Part shown: piece after piece, positions 47,050 to 56,535 of the stretch | Layout of the letters: each line of letters starts with the position of its first letter | Position numbering within the stretch: the first letter of the stretch is position 1 | DNA from: Thermomicrobiaceae bacterium | GTDB taxonomy: Bacteria; Chloroflexota; Chloroflexia; Thermomicrobiales; Thermomicrobiaceae | Direction: 5' to 3' | NCBI GenBank assembly: GCA_035702805.1 | Contig: DASSZN010000097.1 | Span: 1-62,399 of the forward strand | DNA: 62,399 bases | Made by a program: the position numbers and the translations under genes | Notes under the pieces: model-generated | The model's database searches: none | Seen by the model: only the letters and a program-made list of their open reading frames with translations | Told to the model about the DNA's origin: nothing

Positions 47050-48309
47050 GTGAGCACGGCCGACGTGCCCGTGATCTCCGCGGAGCTTGATGCCTGGCTG
47101 CGCGAGACGCGGCGGTACCTGCACATGCATCCCGAGCTCTCCCTCGAGGAGGCCAACACGGCCCGGCTGGTCGCCGGTCACCTGCGCGAGCTCGGGATCG
47201 AGCATCGTCCCGGGGTAGGTGGAGACGGCCGCTCCCTGTTCATGTCCGCGGCGGCCCTCGAGGCCGCCGGAATCGTCCCGGGTCCGACGACCGGGGGCAA
47301 CGGCGTCGTCGCGCTGCTGCACGGACGCGGCCAGGGCCGCACCGTGCTCATCCGGGCAGACATGGACGCCCTGCCGATCGACGAGCAGAACCAGACCGAC
47401 TACCGCTCGACGCGCAGCGGGGTGATGCACGCGTGCGGTCACGACGTTCACACCACCATCCTGCTCGGCGTTGCCGAGATCCTCGCCGGGATGCGCGACC
47501 AGTTCGACGGCACGGTGAAGCTGATGTTCCAGCCGGCCGAGGAGGGTCCGGGCGGCGCGGTCGCTATGATCCACGACCGGGTGCTCGACGACCCGCCGGT
47601 CGACGCCGCGCTGGCGCTCCACGTCGCCGCCGACTACCGGGCGGGCCAGATCGGCGTCGGCGCCGGTGCGGCCTACGCAGCCGCGGACACCGTCAAGATC
47701 GTGGTCAAAGGAGTGGGCGGCCACGCCGCGCGGCCGCACGCGGCCGTGGACGCGACCCTGGTCGGCGCGCAGATCCTGGTAGCGCTGCAGACGATCGTCA
47801 GCCGGGAGATCGACCCCCAGGACACCGCGGTCATCACCTTCGGCACGCTGCACGCCGGCACGGCCAACAACGTCATCCCGGACACGGCGATCCTCCAGGG
47901 AACGGTGCGGACCTACACGCCGGAGGTCCGCGACCACATCGAGCGACGGATCGCCGAGGTCGCCTCAGGTGTGGCCCGCTCCATGCGCGCGGAGGCGACG
48001 ACGACCTACCTCCGCGGCTACCCGTCGATGCGCAATGACCCGGCCCTGACCGAGCTGGTTCGCGGGGCCGCCCGCGAGGTGCTCGGGCCGGACAACGTGT
48101 TCGACCGCGAGCCCTCGATGGCGGGCGAGGATCTCGCCTTCATCGCGCAACAGGTGCCCACCTGCATGTTCAGCCTGGGGGTGGCCGATCCGGCGCGCGG
48201 TATCATTTACCCGCCGCACCACCCGCAGTTCGACGCGGACGAGGACGCGCTCGCCGTCGGCGTCCGGGTGATGGTCGCGGCGGCGCTCCGCTACCTGGCG
48301 GAGGCATAG
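47050..48309 (+). CDS. M20D amidohydrolase (N-acyl-amino-acid amidohydrolase / hippurate hydrolase-like)
   Basis: GTG with GAGAGGA upstream. Motifs LHMHPELS, MHACGHDVH, FQPAEEG, GGHAARPH. Confidence 0.85.
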   Translation: MSTADVPVISAELDAWLRETRRYLHMHPELSLEEANTARLVAGHLRELGIEHRPGVGGDGRSLFMSAAALEAAGIVPGPTTGGNGVVALLHGRGQGRTVLIRADMDALPIDEQNQTDYRSTRSGVMHACGHDVHTTILLGVAEILAGMRDQFDGTVKLMFQPAEEGPGGAVAMIHDRVLDDPPVDAALALHVAADYRAGQIGVGAGAAYAAADTVKIVVKGVGGHAARPHAAVDATLVGAQILVALQTIVSREIDPQDTAVITFGTLHAGTANNVIPDTAILQGTVRTYTPEVRDHIERRIAEVASGVARSMRAEATTTYLRGYPSMRNDPALTELVRGAAREVLGPDNVFDREPSMAGEDLAFIAQQVPTCMFSLGVADPARGIIYPPHHPQFDADEDALAVGVRVMVAAALRYLAEA

Positions 48310-48404
48310 CGTCCGGCGCGGCGGCTCCTTGTGCGACACTGTGGCGGTCGCCGGATGGCGGCGGCCGGCCGGCAAGCGGGTTCAGACGACCAGGAGGGAT
48401 GTGG

Positions 48405-48869
48405 ATGGAGTACCGGCCCGAGGTCCTGGAGAGCCTGATTGGCCATCGGCTGTCCCGGCGCGGGTTCCTCCGCGCGGCGACGGGCACGCTCGGCGTTGCC
48501 TCGGTGGCCCTGCTCGCCGCCTGTGGCGGTCGCCACACGGCGGGCGGTCAGAGCGCGATCGTCCAGATCACACCAGACAACAGCTTCTTCCCGTCGACGG
48601 TCTCGATCGTACAGGCCGGCACCGTCTACTGGACAAACGTGTCGACGGACACGCACTCGATCGCCGTCCGACCCGTGGGCGGCGGGACGATGCCGATCCC
48701 CCGGGACCTGAGCCAGCCGCCGGGAGGCACGCCCCAACCGCCGAGCCCGAACTCGGGCGACATTCCGACCGGCGGGTCGTGGAGCTACACCTTCCTGGTC
48801 CCCGGCCAGTACCAGTTCTACGACACCAACAACCACAGCCTATCCGGACAGATCACCGTCTCCTCGTGA
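48405..48869 (+). CDS. Tat-exported lipoprotein with cupredoxin-like domain lacking the Cys copper ligand
   Basis: SRRGFLR twin-arginine motif and LLAAC lipobox. C-terminal GQYQFYDTNNHSLSGQITV has D where C is expected. ATG 48405 has AGGAGGG 6 nt upstream (alternative 48399). Confidence 0.6.
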   Translation: MEYRPEVLESLIGHRLSRRGFLRAATGTLGVASVALLAACGGRHTAGGQSAIVQITPDNSFFPSTVSIVQAGTVYWTNVSTDTHSIAVRPVGGGTMPIPRDLSQPPGGTPQPPSPNSGDIPTGGSWSYTFLVPGQYQFYDTNNHSLSGQITVSS

Positions 48870-48870
48870 C

Positions 48871-48907
48871 GCCACCGCGGCGCGGGTTCGGTCGCTGCCG
48901 CGGTGGC
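48871..48907 (+). terminator. hairpin directly after the cupredoxin-like gene
   Basis: GCCACCGCGGC / GCCGCGGTGGC, a perfect 11-bp stem with a 15-nt loop. No U-tract. Confidence 0.35.
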
Positions 48908-49136
48908 GCCGGCCCGCCTGCTCTCCCACCGGGTTCGCCCGCTCCGTCTCCAGGTTCGCGCTCGCATCCCTGACCAAGGCTAGACACGGTTTCGCCTTAT
49001 GGCACGAATCGTGCGAGCGACGACATACCTCCATCGACGCCGCGGCCGACGCGGCGATGTGTTCACGCGCAGGTAACGAGACGCGCGGACAGCCCGAAGG
49101 CGTCCGCGCCGATCATCGGGTCAGGGAGCGCTCCTC

Positions 49137-49388
49137 ATGGACAACGACCCGCTGCTGGCAGGGGACCTCGCACCGATCCGTCTTCGGACCTCGCTGCTGA
49201 GCGAGATCGAGCGGCTGTCGGAGGAACGGCGGCGCCTGCTCTGCGCCGTGCCGGAGCTGCATCGTCAGCGGGACGTACGCCTCCGGCTCGCCGAGATCAA
49301 TAGCCTCCTCGAGCGGCTCTGGAGCGAGCGGCGCCGCGAGCTGGGTCAGGTCATGCTGGACTCGGCCGCGTCCGAGGCCGCGGGCTGA
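49137..49388 (+). CDS. small coiled-coil hypothetical protein (83 aa)
   Basis: AGGGAG about 8 nt upstream. Arg/Leu/Glu heptad-like sequence. Good GC3. Confidence 0.4.
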   Translation: MDNDPLLAGDLAPIRLRTSLLSEIERLSEERRRLLCAVPELHRQRDVRLRLAEINSLLERLWSERRRELGQVMLDSAASEAAG

Positions 49389-49475
49389 CCCCGCCCGTTG
49401 GCCGGTTGCGCGCGGCAGATTCGATCTCGGGATCGCTTATCGATGCGGCCCGTCGGGGGTTACCCGCCGCCATCC

Positions 49476-49934
49476 CTACTGGACCTCGAAGATCGCCTCG
49501 ATCTCGACGGTGATGCCCCCTGGCAGCGAACCCATGCCGACGGCGGAGCGGGCGTGCCGTCCCCGGTCGCCAAAGACCTGCACCATCAGGTCCGAGCAGC
49601 CGTTGATGACCTGCGGCTGCTCGCCGAAGTCGGGCGCGGCGTTCACCATGCCGAGCACCTTGACCACGCGCGCCACCCGGTCCAGGTCTCCCAGCGTTTC
49701 CTTGAGGACCGCGATCAGCGTCAAGCCAACGGTGCGGGCGTGGGTGTAGGCCTCCTCCGTCGTCACGTCGCGGCCCACCTTGCCGGTCGGCGCACTCCCG
49801 TCCGCGTTGCGCGGACCCTTGCCGGAGAGGAACAGCAGATGCCCGGTCTGTACCGCGTGGACGTAGTTCCCCGCCGGCGACGGTACCGGCGGCAGCTCGA
49901 TGCCGAGTTCCTGGAGACGTTGCTCGACCTGCAT
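49476..49934 (-). CDS. RidA/YjgF-family protein
   Basis: ATG at 49934 with GGAAAGGGAGAGG upstream. Motifs LLFLSGKG, SAVGMGSLPGGITVEIEAI. Confidence 0.8.
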   Translation of the reverse strand: MQVEQRLQELGIELPPVPSPAGNYVHAVQTGHLLFLSGKGPRNADGSAPTGKVGRDVTTEEAYTHARTVGLTLIAVLKETLGDLDRVARVVKVLGMVNAAPDFGEQPQVINGCSDLMVQVFGDRGRHARSAVGMGSLPGGITVEIEAIFEVQ

Positions 49935-50134
49935 GGACCTCTCCCTTTCCTGGCTTCGCGTCGTCGCGGTTCGGTAGACCCGGGCGATCCTACGGGGCGT
50001 CGAGAGGGCCGTCAACTCGGCGCCCGCGGTCGGCCGGACGATTGTGAGACCTGCGCACCCTTGACGCGGGCCTCGGGTATACTGCGAGGTGCGCGGCAGT
50101 GAGTCGGGCGCTCACCCGCGTCGGAGGAGTAGGA

Positions 50135-50383
50135 ATGCCCCAGATCGACCTCGTAATACTGTTCCTCGCGGCGGGCTATGTTCGCATGGCCGGCTGGGTC
50201 GGCACGGGAGTCGTCGTGCGCGATGGCGTCACGCCGAACCGTGCGTTCCCGACGGCGTCCACCGACCTCATCCACCGGATCGCGGCACCCACCATGGCCG
50301 TCGCCTCGGCCGACCCGTGCAGGTCCCTCCTCGCACGCGAGCGCGGGAGCCGGGTCGCTGCCACTTTGTGGCGACCACGGTAG
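50135..50383 (+). CDS. small putative membrane protein (82 aa)
   Basis: ATG with GGAGGAG 5 nt upstream. N-terminal TM IDLVILFLAAGYVRMAGWVGTGVVV. GC3 strongly biased. Confidence 0.4.
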   Translation: MPQIDLVILFLAAGYVRMAGWVGTGVVVRDGVTPNRAFPTASTDLIHRIAAPTMAVASADPCRSLLARERGSRVAATLWRPR

Positions 50384-50468
50384 AGCTCGTCCGAGCTCCG
50401 CTAGCGCCCCTCCCGATCAGGTGGTTCGTGGTCGACACTGGCAGCACACTTGCGAACGGGGGAAGTTC

Positions 50469-51335
50469 GTGACTGGCTTGATCGCTGGTGGGGTGGGGTC
50501 AATCAGCGACGTGACATCGGTCCTGAGCGAAAGGGAATCGATCGAGTTGTCTGAAGAACCGTCGCGCCACCACCCGGCGACCACACCGATCGTCGTGATC
50601 CCTACCTACAACGAACGGCCGAACCTGACGACGCTGCTCCCATTGGTGCTCGAGCGGTCCGGCTTCCACGTGCTGATCGTCGACGACAACTCCCCGGACG
50701 GCACGGCCACGCTGGTAGAAGAGGTCGCCGCTCGCTACCCGGGTCGGCTCCACCTGCTCACCAGGCCGGCAAAGCTGGGCCTCGGTACCGCCTACCTGGC
50801 CGGTTTCCGGTGGGCGCTCGCTCGCGACTACGACCTCATCTGCGAGATGGACGCCGACTTCTCCCATGACCCGCGCACGTTGCCGCGCCTCATTGAGGCG
50901 ACCGGCAACGCGGACCTGGTGCTCGGCTCCCGCTACGTCGTCGGCGGCGGCACCGCCAACTGGTCGGTACTCCGCCAGGTAATCAGTCGGACCGGGTCCC
51001 TCTACGCGCGCAACCTCCTGAGCCTGCCCTACCAGGACCTCACGGGTGGCTTCAAGTGCTTCCGGCGTCGCGTGCTCGAGACGATCGACCTCGACACGGT
51101 CACCTCGACCGGCTATGCGTTCCAGATCGAGTTGACCTACCGCGCCCACCGTGCCGGCTTCCGCATCGCGGAGGTGCCCATCGTGTTCGAGGAGCGCCGC
51201 GCCGGCAACTCGAAGATGTCCACCGGTATCGTCGTGGAGGCGCTGGTCCGCGTGGCGCAGCTCCGCTTCGCCCGCTGCGGCACCACGGTCGCACCCGAAC
51301 CGTCGCTCGCGGTGACACGCACCCGGTCGCGCTAG
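50469..51335 (+). CDS. GT2 polyprenyl/dolichyl-phosphate mannose synthase-like glycosyltransferase
   Basis: Motifs VVIPTYNER, IVDDNSPDGT, CEMDADFSH, GGFKCF. Start is GTG 50469 or GTG 50511. Confidence 0.8.
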   Translation: MTGLIAGGVGSISDVTSVLSERESIELSEEPSRHHPATTPIVVIPTYNERPNLTTLLPLVLERSGFHVLIVDDNSPDGTATLVEEVAARYPGRLHLLTRPAKLGLGTAYLAGFRWALARDYDLICEMDADFSHDPRTLPRLIEATGNADLVLGSRYVVGGGTANWSVLRQVISRTGSLYARNLLSLPYQDLTGGFKCFRRRVLETIDLDTVTSTGYAFQIELTYRAHRAGFRIAEVPIVFEERRAGNSKMSTGIVVEALVRVAQLRFARCGTTVAPEPSLAVTRTRSR

Positions 51336-51413
51336 CCCCGTTCCGGCGCCTGGCGCGGTAGACTGGCGGCGACGGCCGACCGGGCGCCCGCGCGCCGACG
51401 GGAGCGGAGCAGC

Positions 51414-52736
51414 GTGAGAGCCGAGACCGCTGTGCGGCTTCTCCAGGCAGCCGGCGTGCGCCGGGTACGCTTCGAGATAGCCGATACGCACGGGATCGCC
51501 CGGTCCAAGACGGTGCCGCTCGAGCGCTTTACCCACGACGTCGAGCACGGGGTCACGTTGTACGGCGGGATTCTGCTGCAGGACCCACGCGGCGACGACG
51601 TTCCGCTGCCTCCCGGCCCTCGACCGGACTTCCTCCTCCGGGCCGACCTCGACACCCTGGTGGTGCTGCCGCACGCCCCTGGCGAGGCCCGTATCGGCGG
51701 AGACCTGTCAACCACCGACGGTCGACCGGTCGAGGCCGACGCGCGCCGCGTCCTGCGCCGCGTCCTCGCCCGGTACGAGCACCTCGGCCTCGTGGCGCGA
51801 ACCGGCGTCGAGTATGAGTTCTACCTCCTCGACGCGGCTACCTGGGCACCCGTGTTCCCCGATCCTCAGGTCTATGCCACGCTGCGCAATGCCGCACGAC
51901 CGGATTGGCGCGACGACCTGCTGGACGCCCTGCCACGCCTGGGGATCGACGTGTCCGCCTTCGCGGCCGAGAACGCGCCCGGCCAGTACGAGATCACGTT
52001 CGCGCCCGCCGATGGCGTGGCCGCCGCCGACCAGGCCTTCGTCTTCCGCACCACGGTCAAGGAGATCTCGCTCCGCCACGCGCTGCACGCGCCCTTCATG
52101 TCCAAGCCCTTCGCCGACGCGGCCGGGTCCGGCTGCCACCTCCATCACAGCCTGCTCGACGCGCGAACCGGGTCGAATCGCCTCGCCGGTAGTCCGGACG
52201 GGCCGCTCTCGACGCTCGGACGCGCCTTCGTCGCCGGGATCGTTGAGCACGCTCCGGCGCTCTGTGCGCTGCTGGCCCCCACACCCAACGACTTCAAGCG
52301 CTTTCGCGCGGGAGCCTTCGCGCCGGTCGCGGGGACCTGGGGCGTCGATGACCGCGCCGCGGCGGCGCGCGTGGTCGACCGGGACGGCAGTGGAGCGCGC
52401 GTCGAGAACCGCCTCGCCGGGGCGGCCGCCAACCCCTACATTGCCGTAGCGGCCTCGCTGGCGGGCGGGTTGCTCGGCCTCCAGGCCGAGCGCGAACCCC
52501 CGCCCCCCGGCGCATCGGGTCCGTCGCTACCGACAACGCTCGACGTCGCCCTCGACGCACTGGAGGAGGACGCTGGCCTGCGCGACATCCTCGGCGACGA
52601 GTTCGTGCGCACGTACCTCCTTGTCAAGCGGAACGACGTGGCGCGGGCACGAGCCGCCTGCGCCGACTACGCTACCGACGAGTGGCGCCGGCGGGTCGAC
52701 GACTGGGAGCGCCGCGAGTACGGCGAGTTGATCTGA
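51414..52736 (+). CDS. glutamine synthetase-family protein (gamma-glutamyl ligase type)
   Basis: GTG with GGAGCGGAG upstream. Motifs VEYEFYL, APGQYEI, GSGCHLHHSL, NRLAGAAANPY. Confidence 0.75.
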   Translation: MRAETAVRLLQAAGVRRVRFEIADTHGIARSKTVPLERFTHDVEHGVTLYGGILLQDPRGDDVPLPPGPRPDFLLRADLDTLVVLPHAPGEARIGGDLSTTDGRPVEADARRVLRRVLARYEHLGLVARTGVEYEFYLLDAATWAPVFPDPQVYATLRNAARPDWRDDLLDALPRLGIDVSAFAAENAPGQYEITFAPADGVAAADQAFVFRTTVKEISLRHALHAPFMSKPFADAAGSGCHLHHSLLDARTGSNRLAGSPDGPLSTLGRAFVAGIVEHAPALCALLAPTPNDFKRFRAGAFAPVAGTWGVDDRAAAARVVDRDGSGARVENRLAGAAANPYIAVAASLAGGLLGLQAEREPPPPGASGPSLPTTLDVALDALEEDAGLRDILGDEFVRTYLLVKRNDVARARAACADYATDEWRRRVDDWERREYGELI

Positions 52737-52898
52737 CCGCGGGACCGGCGCGCCGCCGTGATCTCGGCACCGTCGATGCGGGACAGATTCGGTCTCGGCA
52801 GGTCGTCGGGGCGGCGTTGCTCGCATGGACGGCCGATTGCCACTCGCCGGTCGCGCCGGGAGCGGTCCTGCGGCAGATGGTGGGGAGAGTCCGGGGCG

Positions 52899-55118
52899 AT
52901 GGGTACGACGGCCATGGTGCTCAAGCAGGGTGAGGTGTTCCTCGTTGCGGACCAGGGGGGCGACATCGGGCGCTCCGTGGCCGGCGCCGGCATCTACTTT
53001 CGCGACACGCGCTTCCTCAGCCAGTACCACCTGCTGCTGAACGACCAGGCGCCGGTCCTGCTCGACTCGTCGGCCGAGCACAATACGGTCGGCATAGCCC
53101 AGTTTGGCAACGCGTGCCTGACCTCCGCCGACGGCGACGAGATTCTCCCCAACACCATCTCCCTGCGCCGCTACCGCCTGGTCGACCGGGACGTGATCGA
53201 GCAGCTCGAGCTGCGCAACTTCAACAGCTTCCCGGTCGACCTCGAGCTCGAATTGACCTTCGGCAGCGATTTCCAGGACATCTTCGATGTGCGCGGCTTT
53301 CGACGCGCGCGCCAGGGACGCGTTCAGATCCCGCGTCGCGAGGGGAACACGCTCATCCTCGGCTACCACGCGCCCGACGACGCCCGCCAGGAGCTCGTGA
53401 TCCACCTCAATCGGACGCCGGACGAAACCTCGGTCGCGGTGGGCGCCGGCTACACCACCGAGCTCGAGGAGATGCGCACGATCCTACCCGGCTACGACCG
53501 CATCGTGCGCTCGGAACCCACCGGACGTCCGCCCCAGATCTCGGTGATGTTCCGCGTCCACCTCGAGCCCCAGGGCCGCGACCGGGTGGACCTCACCTTC
53601 ACGCCGCGCGAGGTGATCCACGATGGTAAAGAGTTGCTGGAGCCCCGGCCAGTGATCGGGAGCGTGCCGGGCGGACTTGGACCCGAGCACTTCACCGCGG
53701 TGCGGACCAACAACGAGGTCTTCAACAAGCTGATCGACCGCAGCCTGCGCGACCTGCGGACGCTGGTCACGCCCTTCCCCGCCCTGGGACAGATGGTGGC
53801 GGCCGGCATCCCCTGGTACGTCGCACCTTTCGGGCGTGACTCGCTGATCACCGCGCTCCAGACGATGATGTTCTCGCCGGAGCTGAGCGTCGACACGCTG
53901 CGCGCTCTCGCCGCCGAGCAGGGCAAGACGGTCGATCCGTGGACCGAGGAACAGCCGGGCAAGATCCTCCACGAGCAGCGGTTCGGCGAGATGGCCCGGC
54001 TCGGCGAGATCCCACACGTTCCCTACTACGGCACCGTCGACGCGACTCCGCTGTTCATCATCCTCTTCTGCGAGATGATGCGCTGGATGGGTACACGCGA
54101 GCTGTTCGCCGAGCTGCGGTCGCCGGTTGAGCGGGCGCTCGAGTGGGTCGACCGCTACGGCGACTCCGACGGCGACGGCTTCGTCGACTACGGTAGGCCA
54201 TCGCGGGGCGGATTGACGAACGAGGGGTGGAAGGACAGCGACAACTCGCTGCAGTTCCCCGACTACTCGCCGGTCGCCACCCCCATCGCGCTCGTCGAGG
54301 TCCAGGGGTACGTGTACCGCGCCAAGCGCGACCTGGCTGCCGTCTTCGACGCCTTCGGCGAGCACGAGACGGCCCGCCGGCTCACCCAGGAGGCTGAGGC
54401 GCTGCGCGGGCGCTTCGAGGAGCGCTTCTGGAGCCCGGAGGACGAGTTCTACGGCCAGGCGATCGACGGCACGGGCCGGCTCGTCCGGGCAATCAGCTCG
54501 AACCCCGGCCACGCCCTGTTCAGCGGCATCGTCGCGCCCGAGCACGCGGCCGCGGTCGCGAAGCGCCTGCGTGGGCCCGAGATGTACTCCGGCTGGGGTA
54601 TCCGGACACTCAGCACCCAGATGCCGAGTTACAACCCGATGAGCTACCACAACGGCAGCGTCTGGCCCCACGACAACTCGCTGATCGTCGCGGGGATGCG
54701 CCGGTACGGCCACGACGACGATGCCAACGCCGTGTTCTCGGACCTGGTGGCGGCCGCGACCCATTTCGAGTACGGCCGCCTGCCCGAGCTTTTCTGCGGT
54801 TTCAGCCGGGAGTTCGAGCGCTACACCATCCCGATTGCCTATCCGGTGAGCTGCAGCCCGCAGGCGTGGGCCGCCGGCAGCCTTCCCTTCATGCTCCAGA
54901 CCGCGCTGGGCATGGAGGCCGACGCGCTCAACCGCCGGCTAACCCTCCACCCGAGCCTGCCCGGCTGGCTCGAGGCCATCGAGCTCCGCGGCCTGCGCGT
55001 CGCCGGGCATCGCCTCGACATCACCATCACCGGACGCGGACAGGATGTCGAGCTATCGCTCGGCCCGGGAAGCCAGGTCGAGGTGGTCATCGACCGGGAG
55101 ACGGCGCAGCGCCACTGA
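52899..55118 (+). CDS. amylo-alpha-1,6-glucosidase (GDE-type, N-terminal GDE_N_bis-like + (alpha/alpha)6 barrel)
   Basis: ATG at 52899 with GGGGAGAG 9 nt upstream. Motifs GIPWYVAPFGRDS, EQPGKILHE, NEGWKDS, YHNGSVWPHD. Confidence 0.8.
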   Translation: MGTTAMVLKQGEVFLVADQGGDIGRSVAGAGIYFRDTRFLSQYHLLLNDQAPVLLDSSAEHNTVGIAQFGNACLTSADGDEILPNTISLRRYRLVDRDVIEQLELRNFNSFPVDLELELTFGSDFQDIFDVRGFRRARQGRVQIPRREGNTLILGYHAPDDARQELVIHLNRTPDETSVAVGAGYTTELEEMRTILPGYDRIVRSEPTGRPPQISVMFRVHLEPQGRDRVDLTFTPREVIHDGKELLEPRPVIGSVPGGLGPEHFTAVRTNNEVFNKLIDRSLRDLRTLVTPFPALGQMVAAGIPWYVAPFGRDSLITALQTMMFSPELSVDTLRALAAEQGKTVDPWTEEQPGKILHEQRFGEMARLGEIPHVPYYGTVDATPLFIILFCEMMRWMGTRELFAELRSPVERALEWVDRYGDSDGDGFVDYGRPSRGGLTNEGWKDSDNSLQFPDYSPVATPIALVEVQGYVYRAKRDLAAVFDAFGEHETARRLTQEAEALRGRFEERFWSPEDEFYGQAIDGTGRLVRAISSNPGHALFSGIVAPEHAAAVAKRLRGPEMYSGWGIRTLSTQMPSYNPMSYHNGSVWPHDNSLIVAGMRRYGHDDDANAVFSDLVAAATHFEYGRLPELFCGFSREFERYTIPIAYPVSCSPQAWAAGSLPFMLQTALGMEADALNRRLTLHPSLPGWLEAIELRGLRVAGHRLDITITGRGQDVELSLGPGSQVEVVIDRETAQRH

Positions 55119-56225
55119 CGGTCGCCGCGCGGGCACGAACTCGGCACCAGCACCGGAGCCGTGCGCGCCGGCTGGCCTGAGGCATCCGGGAGCGCCGGAC
55201 TCCAAGACCTGCGCGTACGCCGCCTCGTACCCATCAGCCATGCGCGCCGCCGAGAACCGTTCCTCGACGCTCGCCCGACAGGCACGCCGGTCAATGTCGG
55301 CGATCCGCAAGACGGCCTGGGCCATGCCCGCGACGTCGTCGCGGATGAAGCCGTTCACGCCGTCGCGGATGACCTCGGGGACGGAGCCGTGGCGCAGCGC
55401 GACGACCGGGGTGCCGCAGGCCAGGGCCTCGATCATCACCATCCCGAACGGCTCGGGCCACATCGTCGGGAAGAGGAGCGCGGCCGCGCCGCGCAGCAGC
55501 CCGGCCTTCGCATCCTCGTCGACCTCGCCGAGAAAGTCGACCAGCGGGTCGTCCAGCAGTGGCTCGAAGTGCCTCGCGCTCCACTCGCGGTCGGCCGCGT
55601 CGATCTTGGCCGCGATCTTGATCGGCATGCCGACCTGCCGCGCTACCGCGACGGCCAGGTCCGGTCGCTTCTCCTCCGAGACACGGCCCAGGAAAACCAG
55701 GTAGCGCCCGGGGTTCGGCGAGAAGGTGAAATGGCGGAGATTGACGCCGTTATAGACCGTGCGAGTCCAGTTGGGTCTCACGGCATCGAGGGGAGCGCGC
55801 TGCCGGTCACTGATCGAGATCAGGTTCACGTCGTTGAAGCGGGCGTAGAGAGGCAGGAGTTCCGGCAGGTCGAGCCGCCCGTGCAGCGTCGTGACTGCCG
55901 GCGCGGCCCAGCGTTTCACGAACGGGTAGGCCAGGTAGTCCGCATGGTTGTGGATCAGGTCGAACTCGGACGCCATCTCCGTGACACGCTCGAGCATCGC
56001 CAGGTGTGGCGCCAGCCCATCCCGGCAGCCCGCGTCAAATCGCAGCGCGCGCGGCACGCAGGCAATCAACCGGGCCGACGTCCGTGAGTCGCCGCTCGCG
56101 AAGAGGGTGACGTCGTGGCCGCGACTCACCAGCTCCTCGGCCAGCGCGTGGACCACCCGCTCCGTTCCGCCGTACAGCCGCGGCGGGACTGCTTCGCTCA
56201 GCGGACTGATCAACGCGATACGCAT
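55053..56225 (-). CDS. GT4-family glycosyltransferase
   Basis: ATG at 56225 (MRIALISPL...GGTERVV). C-terminal EPFGMVMIEALACGTPVV motif. The 3' end overlaps the convergent glucosidase gene by 66 nt. Confidence 0.8.
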   Translation of the reverse strand: MRIALISPLSEAVPPRLYGGTERVVHALAEELVSRGHDVTLFASGDSRTSARLIACVPRALRFDAGCRDGLAPHLAMLERVTEMASEFDLIHNHADYLAYPFVKRWAAPAVTTLHGRLDLPELLPLYARFNDVNLISISDRQRAPLDAVRPNWTRTVYNGVNLRHFTFSPNPGRYLVFLGRVSEEKRPDLAVAVARQVGMPIKIAAKIDAADREWSARHFEPLLDDPLVDFLGEVDEDAKAGLLRGAAALLFPTMWPEPFGMVMIEALACGTPVVALRHGSVPEVIRDGVNGFIRDDVAGMAQAVLRIADIDRRACRASVEERFSAARMADGYEAAYAQVLESGAPGCLRPAGAHGSGAGAEFVPARRPSVALRRLPVDDHLDLASRAER

Positions 56226-56535
56226 GACGTTCCATTCCACTCCATACGTTGGGCCGACGCGTACGCCGACGCAACCCGCCACCCGCCGGGGGCTACCCTA
56301 CGGAAAGTCGACGCTGGGCATCGCCGCGCTAACATGGCCGATGCCCGTCGGGGAGATGCAAGTTCGGTGCCCATCGGCGCGGCACCCGGCAACTGGCACA
56401 GCCTTTGCGACCCCGGACGGGGCCGCATCGTGGGGCGAGCGTGCTCGATACTTGGGGTTCGTGGAATGGGCCACCCGTTCCGACCGGGCGCGCCGATTCC
56501 GCACGATCAGTCTAACCACGGTGAGGAGGTCGACC

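Noticed and set aside
48884-48960. GGTTCG-containing motifs reminiscent of tRNA T-arms. A similar motif occurs at about 16285 on the minus strand.
   Set aside because: No cloverleaf can be drawn: there is no acceptor stem or anticodon arm and no GTTCGAATC consensus. These are probably hairpin fragments in a 3' UTR.
50061-50083. Near-consensus TTGACG and TATACT hexamers.
   Set aside because: The spacer is only 11 nt, which is incompatible with a sigma70 -35/-10 pair. TATACT alone might still serve as a -10, but no extended TG is present.
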